A stretch of 53,815 nt of DNA, counting the filler, from Bipalium vagum (lineage: Eukaryota), in assembly GCA_037834085.1 (NCBI GenBank). It is 3 parts of 3 records of this genome, joined end to end, with 100 filler letters (N's around TTAATTAATTAA, not from the genome) between each part and the next. Parts side by side here need not be neighbours in the genome. Positions count along the whole stretch, not along the records: positions 35,264 to 53,815 come from JBBMKC010025709.1; 2 more parts are not named here. The stretch is one strand, 5' to 3'. The translations under genes were made by a program, and so were the position numbers. The notes beneath the pieces are model-generated. The model did not search any database. It worked only from the letters and a program-made list of their open reading frames with translations, and was not told the DNA's origin. This document shows positions 39,071 to 53,744 of the stretch, in pieces (the first letter of the stretch is position 1; each line of letters starts with the position of its first letter).

Positions 39071-40119
39071 AATATAATATAAATATATATAACCCCACTT
39101 TTTAATTTTAAAATATTAAATATTATCAATAAAAAAAGAATAAATTCAAAATAAATTAAAAAAAAAATTTTAGCATTTTACTAAATATTTATAAAATAAA
39201 TAGTGATAAAATAAATTAATAAAATTTTATATTTAATATTTGTTTTATTTAATAGTGTAAAATAGATGACAAGAGATCTTAATACTGAAAATAAATTATA
39301 TATATAATTATAATTGAGTACCTAAACTATAAATAATTGTTACTATAAAATGATTTAAATTTGTTTTAATGATTAAATAATTTATTATTTTACAGTTAAA
39401 TGAATATACACTTCATAACTCAATATAAAATTTGTTCAACATTTTTATGATAGAAACACGAAACAGGTCTCCACTAGACCATAGAAAGAAGTCTCTTGAG
39501 TTGCGATCAGTTATTTATTTGAAGGAAAACATTGATCACGAAGAGCTTTATGTTTGGTAAAAAATAGAATTGAAGAGAACTCAAATCTATAAAATTGATG
39601 TTTGTTCTAAATTTTCTGAGAGAAATTCTTTTAAAATTTTCATTTTCAAAACTCTTTGTAAAGATATTTTTATTACATTTTAGTCATGTCACCGGTATTT
39701 CTGAGTAGATGAATGAACGATAAAGACAAAAATCATTGAATGATTTTGAAGTAGGTTTAGCCAAGATTGAGATAATATTTTTCTAAGAGTTACAGAAAAA
39801 TTCTCAAATAAATCATTTAACTTTTTTATCATTGAGAACGAGACTTGTTTTCGGTGCTAAACTGCGTTTTTGACAGTGATTAAAAAATAATGACTTAGAA
39901 TTTATTCATTTTTATAAAGGAACAAAGAACCAAATTGTAAGTTTTGGAAAAATCCGATCAGTACTTATGAATTTTCATATATCAAGTTAATGAGTAAGTA
40001 ATGATGCATTTCAATTCATATTTGAACGTAGTTTGTTTGATTAATATATTTTGTTGGGTAAAAAGTCATTGTAAGTGCGATATTCTTAAAAAACTTTTAA
40101 TGAGTTGAAATAATAAGGA

Positions 40120-40830
40120 AAATATGGAAGACAGTAATCATTACTCTCTTTGCTTGATGTTATTTATTTTTCGTAAAAAAATGCAACGCAGATCAAAAAG
40201 AAATTTTGTGAAGTGTAAGGAGAAAGTCAGAAATGGTTTTCTGATACAACGTGTGAAGATGGTGAACGCTCTGGGAATTGCTATGACCGTGAAAATATCG
40301 AAGGTTTGATTAATAAAAAAAAACCCATATTATACAACACTTGAAATTGCGGGTATTATACTTATATTTCGAAAGTCAATTTCAAACCATTTGCTTAAGA
40401 TGGTTTCGTTACAATATTTGGGTGTCACTATTTTAAATGAAAAAAATTTCATCGAATATCAATAAGCAATTCATTTTTCAAGCGAATTATTAAAAAAAAT
40501 ATTGGGGCCACAAAAAATGGATAATAATAACAACAATCAATTCCAATAAGTTCGGCACCCATCTCGATAATTTGAAGGCAGCAATCGAAGAAAAGTAACC
40601 GAGATGGAATAATAAATATTATTTTATCTTTCAACAAGATAACACGAAACCACATGTTTTTTTACTGACTCGACCAAAGTTATTGCAATTTTGGGAGCAT
40701 GTTTTGCGCAACACAGCTTACTCACCAGATCTGACACAATCAGATTTTTATTATTTCCTGTTTAAATGCAACGGTTTCATCCAAGAACATTTGCGAAAAT
40801 ACTAAGATTCTGAAAGAATATGTCAATGTC
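40120..40830 (+). mobile_element. Highly decayed mariner element
   Basis: Mariner-like N-terminus, then FQQDNTKPH and AYSPDLTQSDFY motifs. Confidence 0.7.
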
Positions 40831-41448
40831 AGAGGTGGTTTTAAAAATAATTTGACTGTATTCTTGTTTTGGTTTCTCTTATGAATTCTCTCCGTCAAGA
40901 ACAAAATAAATAATTAATGGTTAAATCTTAACCATTCACCCTCCCCAATGCAAAATCTGATGCACAGCATAAAATTGTGCTATTGTCTGCTTAGTGGAAT
41001 ATCCATGGAATTACTAGGTATGTATTAGTATGCATTGGGAACAATTGGCAAAGAACAGCACTATAAATACACAACTCTATTCTCAACAATTAGAGATACT
41101 AAGTTAAATCGAAAAATATCAGGCCGGTTTTAAGGCATAGAATATTTATTCACCTTAAAATTTGTAAATCAAAATAAAATAATAAAATATACTTTTTTTC
41201 AATAATCAAATTGAAATAGCTCCAAAAGCGACTGGTTGATATGTTAAATTGAACAAATATAAAAATAAAAAAATTGAGAAATTTGTTGATAACCGAAAAA
41301 TTTTATTATCAATATTTTTTCTTTCTTATTAAAATATATTTCTTCAGTCATTAAAACCTGGATTTTTTTGTTTTTTTGGTCTTAACAAAAAACAGTCTTA
41401 AAATTCAATAATCTCATTAAATTCCATGTCTCTGTTTTTTATTATTTA

Positions 41449-41671
41449 TTGGGTTGTTCGGAAAGTCACTTTGCATTTTTTAGTACAAAGTAAGACCAAA
41501 AGTTTAATTAGTAATAAATATTTTAATTTTAAATATTGCCCTTTTGCTCCAAGACCTTCTGCCATCTAACAGGCAATTTTAATATCCCAACCTTTAACAT
41601 GACTTAAGTGCTTTAAATTAAGATTTAAAGATAGGTATGCAGAAAGCGAAGTGACTTTCCGAACAACCCAA
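41449..41671. mobile_element. mariner-derived MITE (~223 bp)
   Basis: Left ttgggttgttcggaaagtcactttgc and right gcgaagtgactttccgaacaacccaa are ~26-bp TIRs; TA on the left flank. Confidence 0.85.
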
Positions 41672-42751
41672 AAATATTTTTTAAATGAGATCAGAAGTCA
41701 GAAAATTCCGATCAATAAAAACTCAGAGAAATTGGATTTTACTGGAACCTCTTGAAAAGGGGAATTGATTTTTTCAGTGGAGGTACCTGTTACCCAGGAA
41801 TCAAATTCCAATTTAATTAATAATATTACAAAAAAATTATATTGAAATATTATGGAACATAATGAACACGTGTGTACATAGATTAATAAAAATTGATTAA
41901 AAGTACATTTTATTGTTTTGCATCTGTTTTATTATAATTATAAATGTAGCTTGAAATTTTTCCAAAGAATCCAATATTTATTCGGAAAGCAATTTAGAAG
42001 GCGTCATAAATTAGGCTGTGGCATAATTATAATTATACTTAATTTTATTAATTATAATTATACTTTATATTAAATATTTATTAACCAATAAAGTAAAATA
42101 TTTTGTTGTTTTGGAAAAGATACAGTTGAATAATTGGGAGAACCTTGGCAAAATGATTGAAAATTTTATACCTAATACTAAATGATAATAATTTAAAGTA
42201 CAAAGAACTCAAAACCCAGTACTTTTAAATATTAATAAATTTAATCAGGAATAATTCATTAAAGCTCAGGGAAGGTCATGTTAACTACAAGTCTTATTGT
42301 ACTATAAATGTCTGCACATAAGAGAAGGAGCATGATGTGCCGAAAAAGAAACTATTTTTTTTGAATTTTTGGAAAATACAGGTTTAAGTTTTAAAAGAAT
42401 CATTGTTTCTATAATGTTATGCTTAATTATTATTTAAATGTTTTTAACTACACAACAAACTATTTTGAAATAGTTAAACGAAAAGCGAAATTGCTTATGA
42501 CTCATCCTAATATGTGATTGAACGAAAATTAGAAGGCGCGATGTCAATTCAGAGTGAAAACAATATTATATAATATACTAATAAAACTATGTGAAAGTAC
42601 CCATTATTTTCTATAGTGTGTGTCCAAGTATAAATATTTATTAATTTTTCATTAGAGAAAATATATGGAAAAATTTGGAATCTGATATTAACAAAATAAA
42701 CATTTTTATATCTTTTTCAAACAATCACTGGTCTAATAACGTTGGAGTGCA

Positions 42752-43224
42752 TTACACCCTGGTGACTGTTTCTGTTTGAGTTTGATTCTGTATTGTTGAA
42801 GACAAAGGGACATATGGAGAATGAGTCTGATTGATTACAGGAATGGTTTCCATTTCGTAATCATTGATTAACTGAAATCTGTGGACTGGAGTTGATATAA
42901 TATCTGATTGTGAAACTGGATGTAAAATATGATCATTGTTTTCTTCGATCGATCTCATCGCTATGGAGATACAGCGGTGGCGAATTGGTTCCTTGTGAGA
43001 TTCAAGTTGTCGGTGTCGTGAATAGCTCGACTTATTGTGCTCATTTAAACAGGCGCTTGTCATTTTGCTCTGCTCCTGATACAGACGATTTTTCCGGTAA
43101 ATGATAAGTATAAAACAAATTATGAGAATAATTAGAATTATTAAAAGAGCGGCCATGACAGATGTTTGTAGAGCTGTTAAGCAAACGGCATATGTACATT
43201 TTCCAAATATAACTTTATTTTGTT
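42752..43224 (-). CDS. Terminal exon of a single-pass membrane protein with a C-terminal PDZ-binding-like motif
   Basis: Acceptor ttttag at 43225, open frame QNKVIFGKCTYAVCLTALQTSV, TM segment MAALLIILIILIICFILIIY, stop-transfer RKNR, ~110-aa tail ending ETVTRV*. Confidence 0.65.
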
Positions 43225-43882
43225 CTAAAAATAAAATAAAATATAAAATAAAATATTGAATGATGAAAATTATAAAAAATATCGTGTTTTCTTTGAGTTT
43301 TCAATGATCCTCTTCATAATGCATCATATACAATTCTAATTTAAAATAATAATTCTGGGAGCAATTAGTACAGCTACTTTTTATGAAATATCTCAAATTT
43401 AATCCTTTACGACATTTTAATTAATTAAATCATATTTTAATGGAACACTTTTATAATTATGATAGTTTGGAGCAATTAAAATATAATTGATAATGAAATA
43501 ATTTTTTTATCCATGAAAATATACTAAAAAAATTTATATCTGGTGTTTTCATTTTCAAATATAAATAAACAAAGTAATTTGTCACTATTTATTCTTCTCT
43601 ACATTTATTTTTACCGATATAATTAAGATTAAAATTTAAAAATATCTACAATCCCAGCAAGAAAACAATAATAATAAGTATAAAAAAAGGAAAAGATTTT
43701 TATTGGGGTAAAAAAAGAAATAGGTCTGTTTTGACAATATTAAGTTTTATTTTGACATTGTTAAATTCTATTTCGGTAAAATTTTAATTACAAAAATTTA
43801 GTATTGTCAAAATAGACCTTTACAATGTCAAAATAGAGATGAAAATAGTGTATATAAATATGTTAATAATTTGCATTATATA

Positions 43883-44227
43883 TAGGGTGGTGTATTAGAA
43901 ACGTTCGAAAGTAAAACATCAAAACTCTGGAAAAAACCATAAATATTTTATTTTTATTTATTAAACAGGGTGATTAAAATACGGAGATTTATGCAGTATT
44001 TAGCTATTTGAATATAAATATTGGTAAGATGGCCTCCGTTGAAATTTATGCAAGTTCTGCATCTTGCCAAAAAGTTATTCATTACTGCTGTGAGCATTTC
44101 TTTTGGAATCTTGCGGATTGCATTTCTGATACCATCTTTTAAGTCCGTGATATTTTTAAAAAAATATGTCTGCACTGGAATGAAGTTTTCAATCATTACT
44201 TTCGAACATTATAAATGCGCCACCCTA
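43883..44227 (-). mobile_element. Tc1-like non-autonomous element (~345 bp) with TIRs and TA flanks
   Basis: tagggtggtgtattagaaacgttcgaaagtaa versus the reverse complement of the right end, tagggtggcgcatttataatgttcgaaagtaa. Internal remnant LKDGIRNAIRKIPKEML..VMNNFLARCRTCINFNGGH. Confidence 0.85.
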
Positions 44228-44299
44228 TAGATAAAAAAATGCATGATCATTATTATCAGAAAAATCTCGAACAAATCTGTACTGGTACAACAGATTTAA

Positions 44300-44990
44300 T
44301 TGTTAATTATCTTTTCCCACAGATGTTTTAAAACAGTGTTTACCATGTAAATGCTGTGCCAAGCCAATGTATTGCAAGTCATATACAAGAAATAATGATG
44401 GCGTAGTATTTAGGTGAAAGGAAACGTGTGCCAATTATAAGAAATATATTAGCATACGGACACGTTCTATTTCGAGAGATATCAATTTCATTTAAGTACT
44501 GGTTTGAAGTTGCTATGGAAATGGACAATAGATGAAAAAGAAACAGACAAAAAGAAAGAAGTCGATGTTGATAAAAAAAGTTTTAATTTACATCCATGAT
44601 TACTTAAGAAAATGTTGTGATAATTATTCCACAGTAAATCTTTGTAAATTAGGTGGTCAAGGAATTATGAACTGAACACGAAATCAGGGTATTTGAAATT
44701 GCAGACACCAGTCATGAACCATCAAAAATATATATAGAAAATAGAAAAGCAGACACTCTACTAACAATAGTTAAAAGTGTATGTCGAAGGAGTATTAAAA
44801 GTGATTAATTATTATTAATTATTAAAAGTGATCAATGGAAACCTTATAATGATACTGAAAGATTGGATTTCGTCATTTGAAAGTCAACCATTCATTATAT
44901 TTTGTAGACCCAAAAACACATGCAAATACACAAGCAAGAATGGATGTGAAAGAATAATGTTTTCAATGATAATTGGAACAATCTGTTGAA
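44300..44990 (+). mobile_element. Merlin (IS1595/ISXO2-like) transposase remnant
   Basis: IENRKADTLLTIVK, IKSDQWKPY and KVNHSLYFVDPKTHANTQ, corresponding to the SD.W..Y and VNHS..FVDP..G.HTQ motifs. Confidence 0.8.
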
Positions 44991-46689
44991 TCTAATAAAA
45001 GTTTAATTGTTTTATTATATATTGGTTTAATTTAATTTTTTTATTGGGGAGAAAAAAATGATAAGATTTTTATTGAGGGAAAAAAAGAAAACGATTTTTA
45101 TTGGGGGGAGGGGGAAAAGGTAAAAGATCAATAAAAATAATATAAAAATAATCAGTACATTCATACAATTGACAAGGGAAACTCTAATAGATCTTTGATA
45201 TTTTATATCTATTTACTTTATTTTAAATAAATTATAAATATAGATATAAAATAATGTAATATAATTTAATTCGTTTTTCATTCCTTGAATTTCATTAGTC
45301 TACTGATAATTCAATTTTCATTCTGATATTAAAGTTTCTATATAAAAAATTCATTAATCTTTCGGTTAATTCAATTTCTAATTATTTTTTGATATTTGCA
45401 GGTCATAATCTCTTTCACAATAATCTTTCATTATTTATTTATATTAGGTCATCAAATATTTTATAGGCTGTAATTAATGAAATTAATAATTGGAATATAT
45501 ATGAATTAAAATTCATTAATATATCGAAAAATTATTCTAGAAATAAAAATTTTTCAGGGGAGTGAAAGATGTAAATATTAATAAATAAAAATGCAGACAT
45601 TAAATGACATTATTATAATTGTGTACCCTAAAGTCCAGAAGGGAACCCAATTGAATCGGAAAAGAAAACCATGGTACCTTTAACTTACAAAAGGAAAACT
45701 AAAAAAAGGCGGCCTCTTCATAGGAAAAAAATTCATAAAATTAAAGAGGAAAATCTATGAAATGGTAGAAATTAATAATGTTTAAAAAATCTTTGAAGTG
45801 GAGGATCATGGTAAAATTTTTTATAATTAAATGGTCTCTTGAGTAGTGAATTATTATAATCAAAATCCGTTAATAAATTTCCTTTCCATAGTTTCAGTCT
45901 TAAACAGCAATTGTAAACAACAAAATTCAGAGCAAAAAAGTAACATTTAATTAATAGGGACAGATAATCTATTAATAAAAAACCATTTCATTTCCAATGT
46001 CGTTTTGTCTCATTTCATTGAATAATTTGATAAATATTAATATTTATGATAATGATTATTAAATTATTAAAAATTATAATTTTTTGTATTAAATATTGTA
46101 AAAATTAAAGTTATAGTTCATTAAATGATAATTATAAACACAACACACATTCAGTGCTATGCAAAGTGATTGGGACAGACAACTTTTCACTTAAGTAATA
46201 AAGAAAAGTAAAGATAAACGTTAATTAATATACACAGCGCTGTATTTGGAAATATAATATCTGTAGTCTATTGTCAGAATATAAATGATAATATTTTATG
46301 AATATTTTAGATTGAATATTAAAAAATAAATATACAACTATATATTAAAGAAGAACCAAATGAGAATAATAGAATTTTTGATAAAAAGGATGTATAACTA
46401 TCGATAATCAAAGAAATTTATGAGATTTCTTTGATTCAAGACATGAGTTTTCCAGAGATAGCACTGAGTGATTTCGACAGTGAGAGAAGATGATTAATAA
46501 TCATATAAATTATTTTCAGAATAAACTTTATTTAGATTTTTAAATTATGAAAATGAATCGACGAAACATTCACACATTACTCAATAAACGCAATTTCTAA
46601 AAGCAATGTTTTCAGTATTTTTGTAAACTGAAATGAAGTTCAGATGAAAAATGATTTTTTTTCTTTAATCCAAAACCTTAAATACGAAT

Positions 46690-47300
46690 CTTTTCGTCAA
46701 ATTGATGCAATGTTTTAACGTAATAATCGCAGTTGTTCAAGGTAATCAATTATTAAAATACACATCGAATCCCAGAAAACGATTGTCATAACATTTCCAG
46801 ATGACCATTTTTATTTAGCAGCTTCAGAGTGGAGAACTTAGCTTCTGTCCAATGCCTCCTTTCCTTTTTAAATTCAGGACCAAAATAATAGATCAATGTT
46901 TCCACGGCAGATATAAACGACTCATAAAATAATTTTTATTCTGCTTAAAAAGTTTCAAACGCTCATAAATTTTTTTTCATATTTTTCTGTTGCATTAAAA
47001 AGACACGACAGTAGTTTTTTTACAATAAATGTTTCGAAATATGAAATAATTTTTCATCCAATATTTTCTTTATTTGAGCTATTTCACGAAGAGGTATCAC
47101 TGGTATGTTCACTGACGACATCAATTTCAACAATTACTCTTGTTGTTGACCACTTTTGAATGCAGTAAATCTACATTTTCATTGTGGTATCTGAAGGAGC
47201 TCATTCACTCAACATATTTACCATATCCGTATGAATTTCTATCCCTATTAATCCTTTTTTAGAAAAAAATATTACTCAATAAGTGCACAGTTTTTCAAAT
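46690..47300 (-). mobile_element. Decayed mariner transposase
   Basis: SSGNVMTIVFWDSMCILIIDYLEQ matches SAGKVM..VFWD..G...IDYL. Confidence 0.75.
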
Positions 47301-50300
47301 TTTGAAATCTTCAACAAGTTAACATGCATTTAAGCAGATCTATAATTTATAGATTTATTAATGTGAGAAAATCTGATTTTCTCGTAACCTACGATCTCCC
47401 GTAGTATGAAACAGAGATAAATTTCAAGCAGCCTAGTAGATTTATGAGCTTGAGAGAAAAGTATTATCGTTTTTTCATATACTAACTTTAAAGTAAAAAT
47501 ATTTAAAAATATCGACTAATATTTTTATGTTTATTGATAAACAATAATAAGACAGGTAAGCCTCTATTAGATTAAAACTTTATTTTAATATTTATTTTTA
47601 ATATTATTTATATAGTGTAAATAAAGTCTATTTCGAAATATTCTTTCTTGTATGTGTAACTAAATCAAAAATAATATTAAGCAGTTTAGTAAAACCAAAA
47701 AATACCTTTGTTAATGATTGCCATGTTAAATGTTTTCCATGTCACTTTAAACCATTGTAGATAAAGCACAATTGTTAATAAAGTTTTTTTCTGATATTCA
47801 CTTAAATGTTTAAAAATCCATTATTCTAATTATAAAAACCTTTAATTATAATTACACACTTTAAATAAAATATTTTTAAATACATAAAAAAATTAATCTC
47901 TAAATAATTTTTAATTATAAATAATTAATTTTTATGATATGTGTACAATGTTGATTATTTTTCAAATTATTCAACAAAATATAAAAATAGTCAATTGAAA
48001 GAAATTAAATAAATCTTAAAACCACTTCAATTTTGAGAAATATATTCAATTTATTATATATATATTCAAAATTAAATATGGCGTTTTACAATTAGTTAAT
48101 TATTATTATTTATATATTTTTTCAATTTATACAAAGAAAATTAAAAAAACTGTGATTACTTTCAAAACTAACTTAAAGACAGATTTTTAGACTTATAATG
48201 AGTTATTACGATAATAACCTGCGAGACCATATTCTTATAAAGCTTATCACATTGAACAATTTTTGTGAAGAGCGAAATTTTTTTATTATAATATTGTACA
48301 ATTAACAAATTGTTATATAAATTGATAATTGCAAAATTATCATAAGAAAATATGAAATTTCGAATACGTACCACGTACTATGAAGGAAATTATTGATTTA
48401 ATTTAAACAAAATATTTTTAAAAATTATACCAATGCACGAAAAAGTTAAAATTAAAAATTTACACCAAGGGCAATTAAATATGCGGAGTAAAACAAAATT
48501 TTAATTAATAAACATGGTGAACACCTTCAACATATATTTTTTTTTCATTTTATTTTCGTCGTATGGAAATAAAAAATATTTTATAAAATTAGAAAAAAAT
48601 TATTAATGGCATTTGGGAGAAGTAATAAATTTTATTTTTATTTATTAAACAGTGGATTCATTTACTTCAAATAAACTTATTTCCAATATGCAATTTCCTA
48701 AATTTCTTTTTTAATTTAGACAAAACAGATAAATCAAATAACGTAAATTTGCAGTGGAAATGCAAATGAAGCATAAAATTAATAAAACTGGGCAAATTCT
48801 CCTAACCAATTTCCACATGGTATCTACTTGAATAAGTCTTGAATGGAACCAATCATATAGTTGATTAAAAAATAAAAAAATACTTTTAGTTTATATTATT
48901 ATTAATTATTTCGAGTATTATTATCATTATTTAATTTACATAACGTAGAATGAAACACTAATTTGATTTGTTTAAATTTACAAAATGATTAAAACAAAAT
49001 AATATTTAAAGTGATTCTTTGTAATTGAGTAATATTTCTCAAAAAGAGGTGTTATTAAAATATTTATAAAATAAAAACGAAAAATAAGGTAATTTTGCAA
49101 AACCTTTTAATAAATTAATGGAAATTATACAGTTAAATAAATAAATAAATATAATTATTTAATTTTATTTATTATCAATAATAATAATTCTGGTTATTCT
49201 ATCTTAAACATCAATATTTTTATTTTTACAAAAAATATGAAAAATACACAAATTAATATTATTTTTATTATTTTATTAATATTACTATTTATGATCCTTT
49301 TTATCTTATCTTTAACTTAAAATTGGAATTAATTTAATAAACGAAATTATTAAAGTAATTATTTAAATGTAAACAATTACAAATTCGTTATTAATACACT
49401 GTAAAAATTAAATTTGTAATAATTGAATCTCAATTTTTTGTCTTAGATTTTCTTTCATCAAATGAAATACTCTTTCAGCAATCTCATTATTCTGTCTGGT
49501 TCAGACCCTTATTAGATTATTTGATTAAGATTTATTATTTAATAATTTAATAATGAAGCTTATTGACATAATTGCATTTGTCTTTGAGAAATAAGAGTGA
49601 AGACTTCGCATAATTTGGGATTATGAGATGGAGTGGCATTTAGCTGTTCACAATAATTATGAGATCTATTGCAAAATTTTTTTAATAGTTACTTGCATTT
49701 GATCAAATATATTGATCTCACAATTGATTCATATTGATCTTTTGCTCTACAAAAGAACTCTCCCAGGGATTAAGTCAGGTAAGCGTTGACTTAGGAATTT
49801 GAGTTTTGTCATTAAAATTTTACTAAATTTTGGTAAATAAAAAGTTGGAGACAAACGGTCGGAATGAAACCAAATGAACCGGAAAATCACCGAGTCGTCC
49901 CAGTCGAAATGAGTTTTTAGTGAAAATTTTTTAAAAATCTTCTATTCTCATGATTTTAAGTTATATTTTTATGCCGTTTTGTTGGGTTTTATACCTGATG
50001 TTCCTGCATTGTTTATGTTCTAAAAACCAATTTGAATTTTATCAATACCGTAATGATTATATTTTAATTAATATTAAATAATAAGAATAATTTATAAATA
50101 TTTAATAATATAAATATAAATTATTTTTAAGTTATGCATTAAAATTTTATTCTTAATGTAAAAATGTTTTATATAATTTTTAAATAAATTAATTTTTCTT
50201 TTAAAAAGTAAATAATTAAATTAATATTAATAAAAACTTTAAATAATTAACTTGTTTAACTAAATAATAAAAACAAATTCAATTATTTTTCAATTATTTT

Positions 50301-53300
50301 CACCAAATAAGTACTATACTTAATTCTGAATTTATGAATTCTGAAGGTGTAGATAACGAAACAGTAACTTAAAAATACCAAGTTTACAATTAACAGTCTT
50401 AATATAATAGCCTTTGTTATTTTTGATTTCCTGTTCTCTTCCTGTAGAAATAAGAAAATTGTATAAAATTATGTTGGTGAACACTTATTGTTATTAAATA
50501 ACAAATTAGGACAATATGGGGTGTTGATTATCAGTATTATTAATATGCATAATAAAAGATTAAGCACAATAATATTTTTTCAAACAAATGTTTGGCAGTT
50601 TTAAAACAGTACGCTTTAATTTTATTATTTAAACAAAAGAACTAATATTTTTAAAAAATTAATTTTGAATTTAATCTTATTTCATTACTTAAAAAAAAAA
50701 TACTTTTTTCGAAAAAATCATTTAATAACTTTTTAAAATTTAATTTTTAAAAAAAGATTTTAAATTTAGTTTTATAATTACTACATTATTTTTAAAAAGA
50801 TGGTGAATGTCGCCCTATTTAATAATTCAGATTTTGAAGAAACTTAACATATTTGGAGTAATCCGGAATGGGAATATATTCAGGTTGTTTAATCATTGCA
50901 AGATGTATACATCTTGTTTCCAATATACTATCAGCAATATATGATATGGTTATTTTGCCGAATGGTGAGAAAAATCTTTTTAAAAAGCTCCTACAATTCT
51001 TTCACTGAAAAGAAGATTTTTACAGCTAAAGAGATCCTTTTAATCAAACATTAATTTTTTTAATTTGGAAATTCCTCGGGATATCAGGAAACTAAAACAT
51101 GCTATACAAACATTGTTCAGAAATGTTTCCATTTTCTCATACTTTCCATTAATTGACTTTAACTTTCTTAACCCAATACATAAACTTTGTCTTTCATATA
51201 TTTCTTTGAATCTCGAAGGTGTCTCGACTCAATTTATGATTTTTTTAAAGCGCATGATTTATGTCATACTAAGACAGAGGGAGCAAACTTGTTCAATTTG
51301 ATAGATGAAATATATATAATTAATTACTATTAGATTGTTCCGAAAGTATAGATAAATGATTACTAAAGCACGTGCACGAAATGACTTGGTGAAAAAATAA
51401 GCACTTAAAACTCATACATATTAAATAATATACCAATTGTTTAAATACACCACTAACCAGTGTTGTCATAGTTATAATATAAATAAAATTCAAACAGCAA
51501 CTCATTGTTTATTATGGATTTGTCGCAATGAGATGTTCAAAATATTAAGATAAAAATATTATATTTTATTCTAAAAAATAGTTATTGATAAAAAAAACTA
51601 TGAGTTTATATTTTTGAAAAATAAATATAAAATATAATTAATTTTGCAGTTAAAAAAATCTTTTTTTTTCGAAAAAGTGTTTAAGAAACAAATTACATTT
51701 AAACTTTCATGAATTTTATTTCTGCCAATTTATCATTTTTTATCAGTTTATTATTTTTGCTGCCTGTTCTTTCTTTTTTGTTAATTAACTGGAATATATA
51801 TTTTCTTTTTCCCAAATGAAGATATTTTATACATTTGAAGTCTTTTGAAATCAAAAACCAATCTTAATCTTTCCTAAAAGCCGTATCATTTTTTGATAAG
51901 GATTCCTTTCTATCAAAGAAACTCGACGGAATTACTCTTAACAGCTATCATTCTATAAAAAGGGTTTTGGTTATCTTTTTAAAATTAATTTTGTTACAGT
52001 TTTAATAAAAACTAGAAATGCAATCGTCAAGAGTAATCTAAAGACTGAAGAAAATAAATTAAATAAACATAACTTAATATAAATAACAATTATATGAAAT
52101 AAATAAATATATGAAATTCAAAAACTTTTATAAGAGGAAGCTGTTAAAACAACGAAAGGAGACGCGGGCGTTTCCCACATGAAATCGGTTGTAATTAATT
52201 TTTTCTGCTTAATGTCATCATAATTTATTTTTTAGCGAAATGGATTTTAGGTATAATGGTTTTAGAAACTTTACTTTTGGAATAGGCCTGGTTTTGACGT
52301 AGCATTTGGATGTTGTCCACCCTTGCAATATTCAGGATTTTTTTTGACGAGAATGCATATGGTTCTCATTTTATGGCTATATATATAATGTCCAAATTCT
52401 ATTTCGACTCCGCATGAAAATCGAAAAATTTGACTTTAGCTTATTAACATCAACAACGGATCGGGAGATCTTCAAGACTTCTGTTGTTATATTTAAATTT
52501 TCTAAACCATTTTTTACATTGGCTAACAGGAGGGTCTTTCATGGGAATAGATTTTTAAAATCTTTCATGAGGCATCTTTAGATTTGGTGTCGTAGTCATA
52601 CTCATACAACAAGCAGTGCCTGATGTGGGTATTCTTAATGCTTTTTGCCATCAGTGTTTCAAGAAGAAATATAAAATTATTAACTAGTTTAAATAAAATA
52701 CATAAATAGTGTCATTCAAAGAAAAATAGCAAACATTTTTAACAAAGAATTTCAAATAGATTTAAATTGATTTTATCAAAATAAAACGTTTATGTTTCGC
52801 AACATAATTCTGGCTCGCAATTCAATTGGAACCCTAATATTTTGAAAAGTAATGATATTTATTTTATTACTCTTGTACGATAATTAAAACAATTAATTCA
52901 ATTTTTTAAAAAAAATAATGAAATTTTACAAATTTAAACAAACAACCAATTTCAAAGAAATTCAAAAGCAAAATTTATTAGGATAATGCTTTAACAATAA
53001 AGTAAAACAAAATTGAAATAAAACAGATTTCCGAATATTAAACAATGTTTTTTGAAATTCACAGACTACAGGCCTTGATTAACACAGTAAAACGTCAATC
53101 GGAAATATCTCAATAATGTTAATATTTCATTATATTTCTGTATAAGTAAAACAAATTTTATAATAATGAAAAAATATTATTAATAAAGGAAAAGAGAATT
53201 GTTTTGGAGAACAAATCCTTTTAGTGAATATATCTTAAATCAATTAAGATTATCAATGCATGTATTGGAATTGAAACGAAGCGTTAAGTCGAATATTTTA

Positions 53301-53744
53301 TTTTATATATTTTATTTATTTACATTTTTTAAAATTTATTTAATTTTCTTTGTGATATTGAATAAATGAAAATGAAAAAAATTAATATTTATTAATAGAT
53401 ACACTCCAATATCAAAAGCAAACAATTCCGGAAATGTAAAGAAAATTGAAAATTATGGTATATGGCTCATTGTAGAGAAACGTGGCCAGATTTCTAAAGA
53501 TGCAAAAGAATAAATAAATTATTTTTTTTGTTTAATAATAATTTCAATAATAATTTTAAATTGAAAAAATAACTTTATTGACAATAATCACTTGATTATG
53601 GAACACGAATTATTGTGATATAAGAAGAATATTAATTCATTATCCTTATTCACTTCAAGTAATAAAACTAATCGATAATGATAAAATTAATAATAATTAA
53701 TAAATCATAAAATAAATAATTTTAATTGTTATAAAAGTTGTTAC

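Noticed and set aside
49440-52660. Further transposase-like fragments (~49440-49900, 50800-51540, 51770-52660)
   Set aside because: Only vague Tc1-like or unassignable similarity; too decayed to call without a search.
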